64,000 nucleotides of DNA, taken from the NCBI GenBank assembly GCA_038208295.1, contig JBBQYX010000001.1:85001-149000 (forward strand). The letters are read 5' to 3'. A program made the translations under genes and the position numbers. Source of the DNA: Candidatus Nanopelagicales bacterium (GTDB lineage Bacteria; Actinomycetota; Actinomycetes; S36-B12; JBBQYX01). Below are positions 18,454 to 31,065 of the stretch, in pieces; position 1 is the stretch's first letter, and each line of letters starts with the position of its first letter. The notes under the pieces were generated by a model. That model saw only the letters and a program-made list of their open reading frames with translations. It did not search any database and had not been told where the DNA came from.

Positions 18454-19806
18454 TCAGCCGACGCGTTCCAGGAGCAGGGGCAGCCGGTGTACGTCGGTAC
18501 CGGCCGGACCGATCTCGATGCCGTCGACCAGCGCTTGGCGCGCCGCCGCGAACCGCTCCGGCGTATCGGTGTGCAGGCTGAGCAGCGGCTCCCCGGCGCG
18601 GACCGGATCGCCGGGCTTGGCGTGCATCGTCACCCCGGCGCCAGCCTGGACGGCATCCTCCTTACGTGCCCGGCCGGCCCCCAATCGCCAGGCGGCGACC
18701 CCGACGGCATAGGCGTCCAGCCGGGTGAGCACCCCGTCGGAAGCCGCAGTAACGATGTCCGTCTCGGCCGCCTGTGGCAGCGCGGCGTCGGGGTCGCCGC
18801 CCTGGGCCCGGATCATGGACCGCCAGACGTCCATCGCCCGGCCATCGGCCAGCACATCGGCCGGGTCCACCTGCTGGACACCCGCCAAGGCGAGCATCTC
18901 TCGGGCAAGCAGCAGGGTCAGTTCGACGACATCCGCAGGTCCGCCGCCGGCCAGGACCTCAACCGACTCGGCCACCTCCAGGGCGTTGCCAGCCGTACGC
19001 CCCAGCGGGGTGTCCATCGCCGTCAGCAGAGCCCGGGTCCGTACCCCTGCGTCCGTACCCAAGGCGACCATCGTCTCGGCCAACGTCCGGGCCCGGGTGA
19101 CGTCCTTCATGAACGCACCGCTGCCGACCTTGACATCCAGCACCAGGCCGCCGGCACCCTCGGCGATCTTCTTGCTCATGATGCTGGAGGCGATCAACGG
19201 GATGGCCTCGACGGTGCCGGTGACATCGCGCAGCGCGTACAACTTGCGGTCCGCCGGTGCAAGGCCATCGCCGGCCGCGCAGATCACCGCGCCGACAGAC
19301 TCCAACACCTCGAACATCGCCGCGTTACTCAAATCGGCCCGCCAGCCCGGGATGGACTCCAACTTGTCCAGCGTGCCGCCGGTGTGGCCGAGCCCGCGAC
19401 CGGACAGTTGCGGAACGGCGACGCCACAGGCCGCAACCACGGGCGCGAGTGGCAATGTGATCTTGTCGCCGACGCCGCCGGTGGAGTGCTTGTCCACGGT
19501 GGTGCGGCTCAGCGAGGAGAAGTTCAGCCGCTCGCCCGAGCGGATCATCGCGTCGGTCCAGCGAGCAATTTCGCGGCGACCCATGCCGTTGAGCAGGATC
19601 GCCATGGCCAGGGCCGACATCTGCTCATCGGCCACGTCGCCGGCGGTATAGGCGTCGATCACCCAGTCGATCTGCGCGTCGGTCAACTCCTGCCCGTCCC
19701 GCTTGGTACGGATGACGTCGACGGCGGCGAACTCCTGGCGCGCGACCGGGTTTCCCGACGGCGATGAGGCCGTCGACGTCGACACGATGGCGGTCGAGGA
19801 GGTCAT
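18454..19806 (-). CDS. deoA: Thymidine/pyrimidine-nucleoside phosphorylase
   Basis: DKHSTGGVGDK, SGRGLGHTGGTLDKLE, SIMSKK, DVKVGSGAFMK. Confidence 0.95.
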   Translation of the reverse strand: MTSSTAIVSTSTASSPSGNPVARQEFAAVDVIRTKRDGQELTDAQIDWVIDAYTAGDVADEQMSALAMAILLNGMGRREIARWTDAMIRSGERLNFSSLSRTTVDKHSTGGVGDKITLPLAPVVAACGVAVPQLSGRGLGHTGGTLDKLESIPGWRADLSNAAMFEVLESVGAVICAAGDGLAPADRKLYALRDVTGTVEAIPLIASSIMSKKIAEGAGGLVLDVKVGSGAFMKDVTRARTLAETMVALGTDAGVRTRALLTAMDTPLGRTAGNALEVAESVEVLAGGGPADVVELTLLLAREMLALAGVQQVDPADVLADGRAMDVWRSMIRAQGGDPDAALPQAAETDIVTAASDGVLTRLDAYAVGVAAWRLGAGRARKEDAVQAGAGVTMHAKPGDPVRAGEPLLSLHTDTPERFAAARQALVDGIEIGPAGTDVHRLPLLLERVG

Positions 19807-19874
19807 GGGTGCCCTTCTGCTCACGAATGTTGCGCCGACGGTCGGTGCCGATAGGCGGATGATGCCGCAACGAC

Positions 19875-20306
19875 TCAGCCGTCGGCGTCGACCGCGCGGG
19901 TGACCAGGTCGGCCGGACCGAAGGCATCGGGCAGCACCTCGCGCATGGGCCGCACACCGGACACGGTCGCCAGCAGCATGTCCGGGCCGCCCTGTTCGTA
20001 CAGCAACTGTCGGCAGCGTCCGCACGGCATCAAAGCGTTGCCGTGCTGGTCCACACAGGCCACGGCGACCAATCGGCCGCCGCCAGTCGCGTGCAGCGCG
20101 CTGACCAGACCGCACTCGGCGCACAGTCCCACGCCGTACGAGGCGTTCTCGACGTTGCAGCCGACCACGATCCGGCCGTCGTCGACCAGACCTGCAGCCC
20201 CCACCCGGAAGCGGGAGTACGGCGCGTATGCATGACCCATCGCCGCGACGGCCGCGGCGGTCAGCACCGCCCAGTCGTGTGCCGGGGCTGCGTTGGCGGG
20301 GGTCAC
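19875..20306 (-). CDS. cdd: Cytidine deaminase
   Basis: AYAPYSRFRVGAA, GCNVENASY, CAE, PCGRCRQ. GTG overlaps the upstream TAG. Confidence 0.95.
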   Translation of the reverse strand: MTPANAAPAHDWAVLTAAAVAAMGHAYAPYSRFRVGAAGLVDDGRIVVGCNVENASYGVGLCAECGLVSALHATGGGRLVAVACVDQHGNALMPCGRCRQLLYEQGGPDMLLATVSGVRPMREVLPDAFGPADLVTRAVDADG

Positions 20307-21580
20307 TAATCCTCGCCCTTGATATAGGGCTTGCCGTCCGCGGCGGGCATTCGCAATCGTTGCGAGGACAGCGCCAGCACCAGCAGGGTGGCGATGTACG
20401 GAGTCATGGTCGGGATCTGCGGCGGCAGGTCTTCGGTGGACAGGTACCACGCGAGCACGGCGACGCCGAAGACGAGCGAGAGCCCCATGCCGACCCAGCG
20501 CCGCCGATAGATCAGGTAGGCGGCGTATAGCAGCAGCAGGATCGCGACGAACAGCAGCAGCGCGTGCACGGCGAACGAGCCACGCAGTTGCAGGGCGTCG
20601 GTGTACCCGAAAAGGCCAGCACCGGCGGCGAGCCCCCCCGGCCGCCAGTTCCCGAAGATCATGGCTGCCAGGCCGATGTAGCCACGCCCGGCCGTCTGCC
20701 CCTCGCGGTAGATCGAGGCGGCCACGATCGCCAAGTAAGCGCCACCCAAGCCGGCCAATGCGCCGGAGGTGACGACGGCGATGTACTTGTACTTGATGAC
20801 ATTGACGCCCAGCGTGGCGGCCGCGTGCGGCGCCTCCCCGCAAGAGCGCAGGCGCAGGCCGAATGCGGTGCGCCACAGCACAAACCAGGTCAGCACCAGC
20901 ATGAGGATCGCGATGATCGTCAGATACGACAGGTTCGTGGTCACACCGGCAACCACCCCGGCGATGTCGGAAACCAAGAATACGTTGCTGTCCGCCACCG
21001 ACTCCGCCGCCGACGACACCCCGGGAATGGTCAGGCTCGGCATAGGGGACGACACCGGCGGCGACTGGGTCGAACCGCCCCCGGGAACCCCGGCGAACCA
21101 CTCCGCAGCGAGGAACTGGGTGATGCCCAGTGCCAGAATGTTAATGGCGACCCCGACGACGATCTGGTCGACCGCGAAGGTGACGCAGGCGATGGCGTGC
21201 AGCAGGCCACCCAACGCCCCGAAGGCCACCGCAGCAAGCACTCCGGCCCACGGCCCCCACTGGTAACCCGCCCAACCGGCCCCGAAAGTGCCGAGGATCA
21301 GCATGCCCTCCAGGCCGATGTTGACCACACCGGACCGTTCCGACCACAGACCGCCCAGGCCAGCCATCCCGATAGGTACGGCCAGGCCCAGGGCAGCAGC
21401 CATGGTGCCGGGCGAGGTGAGGTCGTTGGCGCCGGTGATGATGCGGACGACCGACAGCAGCAACAGGATGCTGGTGCCGATGTAGACGATCCGCAGGCCC
21501 GTGTTCAGCCGCGGCGACCGACGCTGCGGACCGACGTCGAGCCCGGAGTCGGTGCCCGGTGTCTGCTCGGACACGCTCAT
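20306..21580 (-). CDS. Nucleoside ABC transporter permease (NupC-like)
   Basis: SERSGVVNIGLEG, FGLRLRSCGE, GRGYIGLAAMIFGNWRP; multiple TM helices. Confidence 0.9.
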   Translation of the reverse strand: MSVSEQTPGTDSGLDVGPQRRSPRLNTGLRIVYIGTSILLLLSVVRIITGANDLTSPGTMAAALGLAVPIGMAGLGGLWSERSGVVNIGLEGMLILGTFGAGWAGYQWGPWAGVLAAVAFGALGGLLHAIACVTFAVDQIVVGVAINILALGITQFLAAEWFAGVPGGGSTQSPPVSSPMPSLTIPGVSSAAESVADSNVFLVSDIAGVVAGVTTNLSYLTIIAILMLVLTWFVLWRTAFGLRLRSCGEAPHAAATLGVNVIKYKYIAVVTSGALAGLGGAYLAIVAASIYREGQTAGRGYIGLAAMIFGNWRPGGLAAGAGLFGYTDALQLRGSFAVHALLLFVAILLLLYAAYLIYRRRWVGMGLSLVFGVAVLAWYLSTEDLPPQIPTMTPYIATLLVLALSSQRLRMPAADGKPYIKGED

Positions 21581-22695
21581 GAGGCCACCCCTGCCTGCGT
21601 CGTTTCGGGCTGGTCGACGCCCAGTTGGCGACCCACGTCCTTGGCGACCATGCGGATGCGATAGCGGCGCACGAGTTCGTACGCGATGACCACGGACAGC
21701 ACGATGATGCCCTGCATGATCTGTACGGTCTGCTTGGGTACGTCCTGGAACTCGAGGCTGTTGGAGGAGTTGTCCAGGAACGACCACAACAGGGCACCGA
21801 AGGCGATTCCGATCGGTGAGTTCCGCCCCAGCAGGGCGATGGCAATCCCGGTGAAGCCCAGTCCGGTCGGAAAGTCGAGGCTGTACGAGTACGACGATCC
21901 CAACAACTGCGGCATCCCAACAAGCCCGGCCACCGCACCGGAGAGCAGCATCGAGTAGATGACCATGCGTTTGACGCTGATGCCGCTGGCGACCGCGGCT
22001 GTCTCTGACAGCCCGGTGGTGCGCAGGTCGAAACCGAAACGGGTCCGGTTGAGCACGTACCAATAGGCGACCCCGACCACCGCGGCCAGGATGATGAGCC
22101 CGAACACCGGATTGGGGGTGCCCGGGATAATCGGCAGGCCAGGCACCCGGCCGGACGGTGGAATCGGCTCGGTCCCAATGTTGTTGGAGCCCTGGGTGGT
22201 GACGGCCAGCCGTCCCGGGGTCAGCAGATACGCGACGACCCCGGTGGCGATCGCGTTCAGCATAATTGTGGAGATGACCTCGCTGACGCCGCGGGTGGCC
22301 TTGAGCACCGCCGCGATCCCGGCCCAGAAGGCGCCGACCAACATCGCCACGGCGAGGATCAGCCCGATGTGCAGGATCGGCGGGAGCACCACGGCGCCAC
22401 CGACCGCGGCGGCAATCATGGCGGCCAGTCGATATTGCCCGTCGACGCCGATGTTGAACAGGTTCATCTTGAACCCGATGGCGACGGCGACCGCCGACAG
22501 ATAATAGGTGGTGGCGTTGTTGAGAATGTTCACCTGGATGCGTGGCTTGGTGAGTTGTTCAGCCATCGTGGTGAACGCCGTGATCGGGTTGTTGCCGGTC
22601 GCCAGCAGGACCGCCGAGACGATCGCGAAGGACACCAGCAGCGCCAGCACCGGGGCTGCGATTCCGAGCCCCACCCGTCGCCAGTCGAGTCTCAT
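21577..22695 (-). CDS. Nucleoside ABC transporter permease (NupB-like)
   Basis: LFNIGVDGQ, SEVISTIMLN, GFTGIAIALLGRNSP. Confidence 0.9.
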   Translation of the reverse strand: MRLDWRRVGLGIAAPVLALLVSFAIVSAVLLATGNNPITAFTTMAEQLTKPRIQVNILNNATTYYLSAVAVAIGFKMNLFNIGVDGQYRLAAMIAAAVGGAVVLPPILHIGLILAVAMLVGAFWAGIAAVLKATRGVSEVISTIMLNAIATGVVAYLLTPGRLAVTTQGSNNIGTEPIPPSGRVPGLPIIPGTPNPVFGLIILAAVVGVAYWYVLNRTRFGFDLRTTGLSETAAVASGISVKRMVIYSMLLSGAVAGLVGMPQLLGSSYSYSLDFPTGLGFTGIAIALLGRNSPIGIAFGALLWSFLDNSSNSLEFQDVPKQTVQIMQGIIVLSVVIAYELVRRYRIRMVAKDVGRQLGVDQPETTQAGVAS

Positions 22696-24293
22696 CGAGT
22701 CGCCTCTCGATCGGCGGCAGGCGTCCCGGTGGCAGCTGTCCCGGCGGCGTCGGCGCCGGTCATCGCTGAACCGAGTTCCTGCGGGGTGACAACGGCGGGG
22801 TCGGCATCGGCCACGAGTCGGCCACGCAGCATCACCTTGATCGTGTCGGACAGTCCGATGAGTTCGTCGAGGTCGGCGGAGATCAGGAGCACGGCCAGGC
22901 CCGCGGAGCGCGCGGTTCGCAACAGTTCCCAGATCGCCGCCTGGGCACCGACGTCGACACCGCGCGTCGGGTGTGAGGCAATGAGCACGGTGGGCTCACC
23001 ACTCATCTCGCGACCCACGATGAGTTTCTGCTGGTTTCCACCGGACAGCGCTGAGGCCAGCACATCGATCGAGGGAGTACGCACGTCGTAGGCGGCCACG
23101 ATGCGTTCGGTGTCCTTGCGCGCGCCCTTGCGGTCGATCAGCGGCCCACGGCTGTTGGGCGGCTGGGTCTGGTGCCCGAGCATCCGGTTCTCCCATAGCG
23201 AGGCCTCCAGCAGCAGCCCATGCCGGCTGCGGTCCTCGGGGATGTAGGCGATGCCGTGTTCACGTCGCCGGCGCGTGGTCCAGTCGGTGATGTCGACATC
23301 ACCCAACTGAATCCGCCCGGTGGTCGCCCGGCGCATCCCCATGATGGTCTCCACGAGTTCGGCCTGACCATTGCCCTCCACCCCGGCTATCCCCAGCACC
23401 TCGCCGCGGTGGATGGTCAGGTCGATATCGCGCAGCAGGTCGCGACCATCGGCGTTGACCAGCCCCAGCCCGCTTACGCTCAGTTCCACCACGTCGGTGA
23501 CGGTGGACTCGTGGGTGTCCGGCGTCGGCAGTTCGCTACCAACCATTAACTCGGCCAGTTCGTGGGAGGTCACGTCGCCGGGGAGCACAGTGGCCACGGT
23601 GGTGCCGCGCCGGATGACAGTGATCTCATCCGCGACGCTGAGCACCTCATCGAGTTTGTGCGAGATGAAGATGATGGCCAGGCCCTCGTCCTTGAGCTCC
23701 CGCAACGCATCGAAGAGTTCGTCGACCTCCTGCGGCACCAGGACGGCGGTGGGCTCGTCCAGGATCAACGTACGGGCACCGCGGTAGAGCACCTTGAGGA
23801 TTTCGACCCGCTGCCGCTCGCCCACCCCGAGTTCTTCGACCAAGACGTCGGGATCGACCTCCAGGCCGTACTTCTCCCCGATCTCGCTGATGCGAGCCTT
23901 GGCCGTGGCGAAGTCGAGGCGTCCGCCTTTGGTCGGCTCACTGCCCAGGACGACGTTCTCCAGCACCGTGAGGTTGTCGGCGAGTTGGAAATGCTGATGA
24001 ACCATGCCGACACCTCGATCGATGGCGTCGGACGGGCTGCCGAGGCTGACCACCTCCCCGTCGATGGCGATGGTGCCCTCCTCCGGTTTGTGCATGCCGT
24101 ACAGCGTCTTCATCAGCGTCGACTTGCCGGCGCCGTTCTCCCCCACGATCGCGTGCACGGTGGACCGGGCCACCCGCAGGTTGACATCGGAGTTCGCGAC
24201 GACGCCGGGAAATCGCTTGGTGATGTGACTCAGCTCGACGGCCAGGGGGACGCCCGGATCGGGCGGAGCTCCAGGGGCGGCAGCAGTACTGAT
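22692..24293 (-). CDS. Nucleoside ABC transporter ATP-binding protein (CUT2, two NBDs); probable non-canonical ATC start
   Basis: GENGAGKST, LILDEPT, LSGGNQQK. The conserved N-terminus VELSHITKRFPGVVAN lies upstream of the first canonical start (24173). In-frame TGA at 24302-24300; SD GGGAG is 9 nt before ATC 24293. Confidence 0.9.
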   Translation of the reverse strand: MSTAAAPGAPPDPGVPLAVELSHITKRFPGVVANSDVNLRVARSTVHAIVGENGAGKSTLMKTLYGMHKPEEGTIAIDGEVVSLGSPSDAIDRGVGMVHQHFQLADNLTVLENVVLGSEPTKGGRLDFATAKARISEIGEKYGLEVDPDVLVEELGVGERQRVEILKVLYRGARTLILDEPTAVLVPQEVDELFDALRELKDEGLAIIFISHKLDEVLSVADEITVIRRGTTVATVLPGDVTSHELAELMVGSELPTPDTHESTVTDVVELSVSGLGLVNADGRDLLRDIDLTIHRGEVLGIAGVEGNGQAELVETIMGMRRATTGRIQLGDVDITDWTTRRRREHGIAYIPEDRSRHGLLLEASLWENRMLGHQTQPPNSRGPLIDRKGARKDTERIVAAYDVRTPSIDVLASALSGGNQQKLIVGREMSGEPTVLIASHPTRGVDVGAQAAIWELLRTARSAGLAVLLISADLDELIGLSDTIKVMLRGRLVADADPAVVTPQELGSAMTGADAAGTAATGTPAADREATR

Positions 24294-24343
24294 GGCCGAT
24301 CACTCCCTGCACACGGCACTCGGCGGCTAGGTCCGAGCGGCAA

Positions 24344-24382
24344 TGTCTCGTCGGGCTGTCTCGTTGGTCTGTCTCGTCGGGG
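24344..24382. repeat. 13-bp imperfect tandem repeat x3
   Basis: tgtctcgtcgggc tgtctcgttggtc tgtctcgtcgggg. Confidence 0.85.
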
Positions 24383-24388
24383 CGCGCA

Positions 24389-24439
24389 CAGCGCAAGACC
24401 CGGCGCGCACGCTACACGTACGGACCGGGTCTTGGGCTG
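24389..24439 (-). terminator. Intercistronic stem-loop after the BMP gene (stabiliser or partial terminator)
   Basis: cagcgcaagacccgg ... ccgggtcttgggctg. Confidence 0.55.
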
Positions 24440-24487
24440 CTCGCCGACGATCAGTCTGGGACCGTCATGTCGATGCCAGGTATGCGG

Positions 24488-25567
24488 TTACGGCTTCTCG
24501 GGCACCGTGATGGTGCCGTCGATGATCTGCTTGGCGTACTCGTTCGTCTTCTCCTCGTACGGCTTCACGATCGGGTTCGCCGTGGAATAGCCGACGCCCT
24601 CCTTGGCCAGGTCGAAGGTCTGCACGCCCTTCAGCGGGCTGCCGTCGACAACCGACTTCGTCATGTCGTACACGGCCACGTCGACGCGCTTGAGCATCGA
24701 GGTGAGAATGACGGGCTTCAGCGCCTCGGGCGCGGTGAGGTATTGGTCGGAGTCGACACCGATGGCCAGCTTCTTGGCGGCCTTGGCTGCCTCGAACACG
24801 CCACCACCGGAACCACCCGCGGCGTGGTAAACCACGTCGGCACCCTTGGACAGCATGCCGTTCGCGGCGACCTTGCCCTTGGCCGGGTCACCGAAACCGG
24901 TGAAGTCCGGCGGCTCGGTCAAGTACTTGACCTGGACGACGATCTTCGGGTTGACGGCCTTGGCGCCGGCCTCATACCCGGCCTGGAACTTCTGGATCAG
25001 CGGCGTGTTGACGCCACCGATGAAACCGACATTGCCGGACTTCGACGCCTGTGCGGCAACGGCGCCGACCAGGAACGAGCCCTGGTTCTCCGCGAACACC
25101 AAACTGGTGACGTTCGGGTCCTTCAATGAGGCGTCGTCGATGATGGCGAAGTTCACGTCCGGGAACTGCGACGCGACCTTGCCCAGTGCCGTCGCGTAGG
25201 CGAAGCCGACGGCGATGATCGGGTTGTAACCAGCATCGGCCAGCGTGATCAGCCGCTCTTCCTTCTGCGCGTCGGTCTCTCCGGCGGCCGCCTCGAGTTC
25301 CTTGACGTCCAGCCCGAACTCCGTCTTTGCCTTATCCAGGCCGGCCGCGGCGGCGTCGTTGAACGACATGTCCCCGCGCCCGCCAATGTCATAGGCAAGC
25401 CCGACCTTGACGTCCGTAGCCGGCGCGGAGGCGCTGGTCTCGGCGGCCGACCCGCTAGGGGATGCGGCGGGCGACGTCGTATCGGAACCGCTGTTGCTAC
25501 TGCCGCAAGCGGCAAGGGCGAGCGCCCCGGCCGCGAGCACCGTGGCGAGTCTTGTGACCCTGTTCAA
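24488..25567 (-). CDS. BMP-family nucleoside-binding lipoprotein
   Basis: Lipobox LAAC; DIGGRGDMSFND, GADVVYHAAG, AIGVDSDQ, TSMLKRVD. SD aaggag before TTG. Confidence 0.93.
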   Translation of the reverse strand: MNRVTRLATVLAAGALALAACGSSNSGSDTTSPAASPSGSAAETSASAPATDVKVGLAYDIGGRGDMSFNDAAAAGLDKAKTEFGLDVKELEAAAGETDAQKEERLITLADAGYNPIIAVGFAYATALGKVASQFPDVNFAIIDDASLKDPNVTSLVFAENQGSFLVGAVAAQASKSGNVGFIGGVNTPLIQKFQAGYEAGAKAVNPKIVVQVKYLTEPPDFTGFGDPAKGKVAANGMLSKGADVVYHAAGGSGGGVFEAAKAAKKLAIGVDSDQYLTAPEALKPVILTSMLKRVDVAVYDMTKSVVDGSPLKGVQTFDLAKEGVGYSTANPIVKPYEEKTNEYAKQIIDGTITVPEKP

Positions 25568-25781
25568 GGGTGTCTCCTTCCGTGCGCACCGCTGGACCGC
25601 GGCACGACCGTCAAGCAGCCTAACCAGGCCACCCCGCCCTGACGCCAGTGTCAAGCGTCCCGTCTCCAGATCTGTCGCAAAAGCGTGACCTGGGCGGGGT
25701 CGCCGTCGTGGGGTCCGGCGCACCGGGATGCCAGGCGCGGCAGACAACCAATCCGAGCCCTCAGCCGCGGCGACCCATTTC

Positions 25782-26782
25782 CTACCCGGATTGGGGCAGG
25801 AACGCATCGAGCAGCTGCTGAGCCGCCAGCGCCGGCGTCAGATCCCCGGTGCGGACGTCGGACTCGACGGCGGGGGCGAGCTCCCGGACCGCCTCGTCGT
25901 CGCGCAGCGCATCCAGCATCCGGTCCCGAACCAGGTCCCACATCCAGCGCACGCGCTGCTCGCGCCGACGACGGTCCAGTTCGCCGCCGTCCCGCAGCAT
26001 CCGTTGGTGACGTTCCACCTGCTCCCATACCTCCGTGAGCCCCGCGCCGGTCGCGGCGCTACAGGTGAGAACTGGAACGCGCCAGTCCTCCTCCTCCGCG
26101 CCGACCAGCCGCAACGCACCGGCAAGCTCGCGAGCGGCCGCTTGCGCCTCCAACTCGTGCGGCCCGTCGGCCTTGTTCACGGCCACGACATCCGCGAGCT
26201 CCAGGATGCCCTTCTTGATGCCCTGCAACTGGTCACCGGTCCGGGCGAGCGCCAGCAGCAGGAATGTGTCGGTCATCTCCGCGACCAGGGTCTCGGACTG
26301 GCCCACACCGACTGTCTCCACCAGCACGACGTCGAACCCCCCGGCCGCCATGACCACGAGCGACTCGCGGGTGGCCCTCGCGACACCGCCGAGCGTCCCC
26401 GCGGTCGGGGACGGCCGGACGAAAGCGTCTGGATCAGTGGCCAACCGAGCCATCCGGGTCTTATCGCCGAGGATGCTCCCGCCGCTCCGCGACGACGAAG
26501 GATCAACGGCTAGCACCGCGACACGGTGCCCGGCATCGATCAGCTGACCACCGATGGCGTCGATGAACGTCGACTTGCCCACCCCCGGCACGCCAGTGAT
26601 GCCGACCCGCATCGCATTCTCGGCGTACGGCAGCAGACGGCCGAGAACAAGCTGTGCCAGCAGCTGATGATCGGATCGGGTGGACTCGACGAGTGTGATC
26701 GTACGAGCGATGACGGAGCGCGATCCAGCCCGGACGCCGTCGGCATACCTATCCGCCTCGGAAAGATCCGCGTCCGCCGCGG

Positions 26783-26786
<4 letters not shown>
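25782..26786 (-). CDS. meaB: Methylmalonyl-CoA mutase-associated GTPase MeaB
   Basis: [39 protein letters not shown]. Confidence 0.95.
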
Positions 26787-28983
<2,197 letters not shown>

Positions 28984-28987
<4 letters not shown>

Positions 28988-30810
28988 GATGCGGTCCTCA
29001 GTCCCGTGAACACGACGTCGAGAATGGCGAATGCGTCGGCCTGACCGGTGACCACCAGGTCGGCGGTCAGGCTGCCAGGATCGGTCTGTGCCGCCACGAT
29101 GACGGTGGTGACACCAACCGACCGGATCCGCGCCAGCACGTCGTGCAGTTCCTCGGGACCGGTGTCGTCATCGGAGATCACCAAGGTCACCGGCTGCAGG
29201 CCGGTCAGGTCGCTGGCTTCCGCCCCTGCACTGGCGACCCCACCACTGGCCAGCAGGGCGGTGAGATCGCGGGCGCGGGCGGCACTGGCCGCCGGCGCCC
29301 CGAGCCGGACGAGCGAGACCGTCGGGGCCGACCCGGTTCGCGCCGTGTGCTCGTCGGCAGCGAGGCGGTACGCCTCGTGCCACTGGGCCCAGCGCACGCG
29401 CGGGAGACCGGTGTCGTCGGGCTCATGCGACTCCCGGGGCGGGCGCTCCAGGAGCTTCTCACCGAACAGCGGGAACACGCTCACCCCGGTGATGACCTCG
29501 TCGCCCCGGGCCAGCCGATCAATGCGAGCCGCTCGACTACGGCCCACCCGTTGGGCGACCAGACCGCTGCGTAGCGCATCCCGCAGACCCCCAGCCCGTT
29601 CGATCTCGCGGAACCACTGCCAGCCGCGATCGGCAAGCTGATCGGTGAGCGACTCGACATACCAGGAGCCACCCGCCGGGTCGATGACTGCCGCGACGTG
29701 GGACTCCTCCACGAGCACCGCGTGGGTATTGCGCGCGATGCGATGGGACAGCCGGTCGCTGTGGCCGATGGGTTCGTCCAGCGGCAGCACCGTGACCGCG
29801 TCAGCACCCCCGACACCCGCAGCGAAGCAGGCGATGGTGCCACGCAGGATGTTGTTCCAGGGGTCGCGCACGGTCAACATCGTGCGTGAACTGACGCCGT
29901 GCTGTCGCTGCCCACCAGCCGGGCTGGTGACCCCACACTCGTCGGCGATGCGTGACCACAGCCGCCGCGCCGCGCGGAATTTAGCGATCGTCGCGAACTG
30001 GTCCGCGGTGGCGCCGTACCGGAACTCGAGCTGGCCGAAGGCGTCCTCCGCGGACAGCCCCGCGGCGTTCAAAGCCCGCAGATATGCCACACCCGCCGCC
30101 AGCGTGCAGCCGATCTCCTCCGCGTCCGTGGCGCCGCTTTCGTGGTACGGCAACGCGTCCACCACCAGCGCACGTACCTGCGAGAACTGGTCTGCGCATT
30201 GGCGGGCAAGGTCTACCGCGGCATCCAGATCGCCCGGTTCGCCAGTGCGCGCCTCGAGTCCCAGCGGATCAGCCCCGAGATTGGCTCGGACCGCTGTCGA
30301 CGCGACGTCGAGTTCGGCAACGAGGCCGAGAAACGACGTGGCGGCCGCAGCGAAGTCCCGACCTGGATCGAGCGCCACTGCGGCGAGGTCGAGGTGGACC
30401 TGCGAGAGAACGACGGCCAGGGAGTCCACCGGGATCATGCCCTCACCCAGACCCAGCCACAGCGACGTCACTCCCCCCTGGAGGTCCGTCATAACGTTGT
30501 CGTGCGCTACCGCCGGTTCGGGATGGGCATGCCACTGGCGGACGTCCCACCCGCCGCGGACTCCTGACTCGCTGCCGCCCCGAATGAACGGGGGAAGGCC
30601 GGGGTAGCCGGTGTCCGGATCGGTGTCCGCGGCGAGGTACAGCGGCTCGATGTCGATATCGTCGAGCGTTCGGGTCACCAGGGAAGCTGTTGCCGCCTCC
30701 GGATCATCGCTGCGCAGGACCTTGGCCACAAGCCGTTGCCAGTCGGCGCGGTTGGGCGTGGGGAACTCCCCGGCCAGGACGAGGTCCGGAGCCGGCGTGT
30801 CGGCCGTCAT
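28984..30810 (-). CDS. mutA: Methylmalonyl-CoA mutase small subunit
   Basis: [47 protein letters not shown]; no DxHxxG. Confidence 0.9.
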
Positions 30811-30973
30811 GTGCGTACCCGGGTCAGTGCCAGCACAGGCTGACCTGACCGCTGCAACCCGAGGTAAGGATTCCTACCGTCACCCGAAGCCACGCCAGAA
30901 CTCCTCTGCACCCGGACGACCTGGACGGGGCACGAAGGGACGCACGCACAGACGGCTGGCGCCGGCGCGGAAT

Positions 30974-31065
30974 CGACCCACCCGCGAGGTCGCATTTATC
31001 GGTCCGCGGTCACGGGCCGAACGGCTGGCAGGTATGCGGACTGGACCAGTCGCGAACCGATCATA
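30974..31065 (-). promoter_or_regulatory. mutA leader: -10 TATGAT followed by a remnant of a cobalamin riboswitch (flanks only)
   Basis: Minus strand reads TATGAT cggttcgc GACTGGT cc AGTCCGCATACCTGCCAG ... CGACCTCGCGGGTGGGTCG; the aptamer core is absent. Confidence 0.45.
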
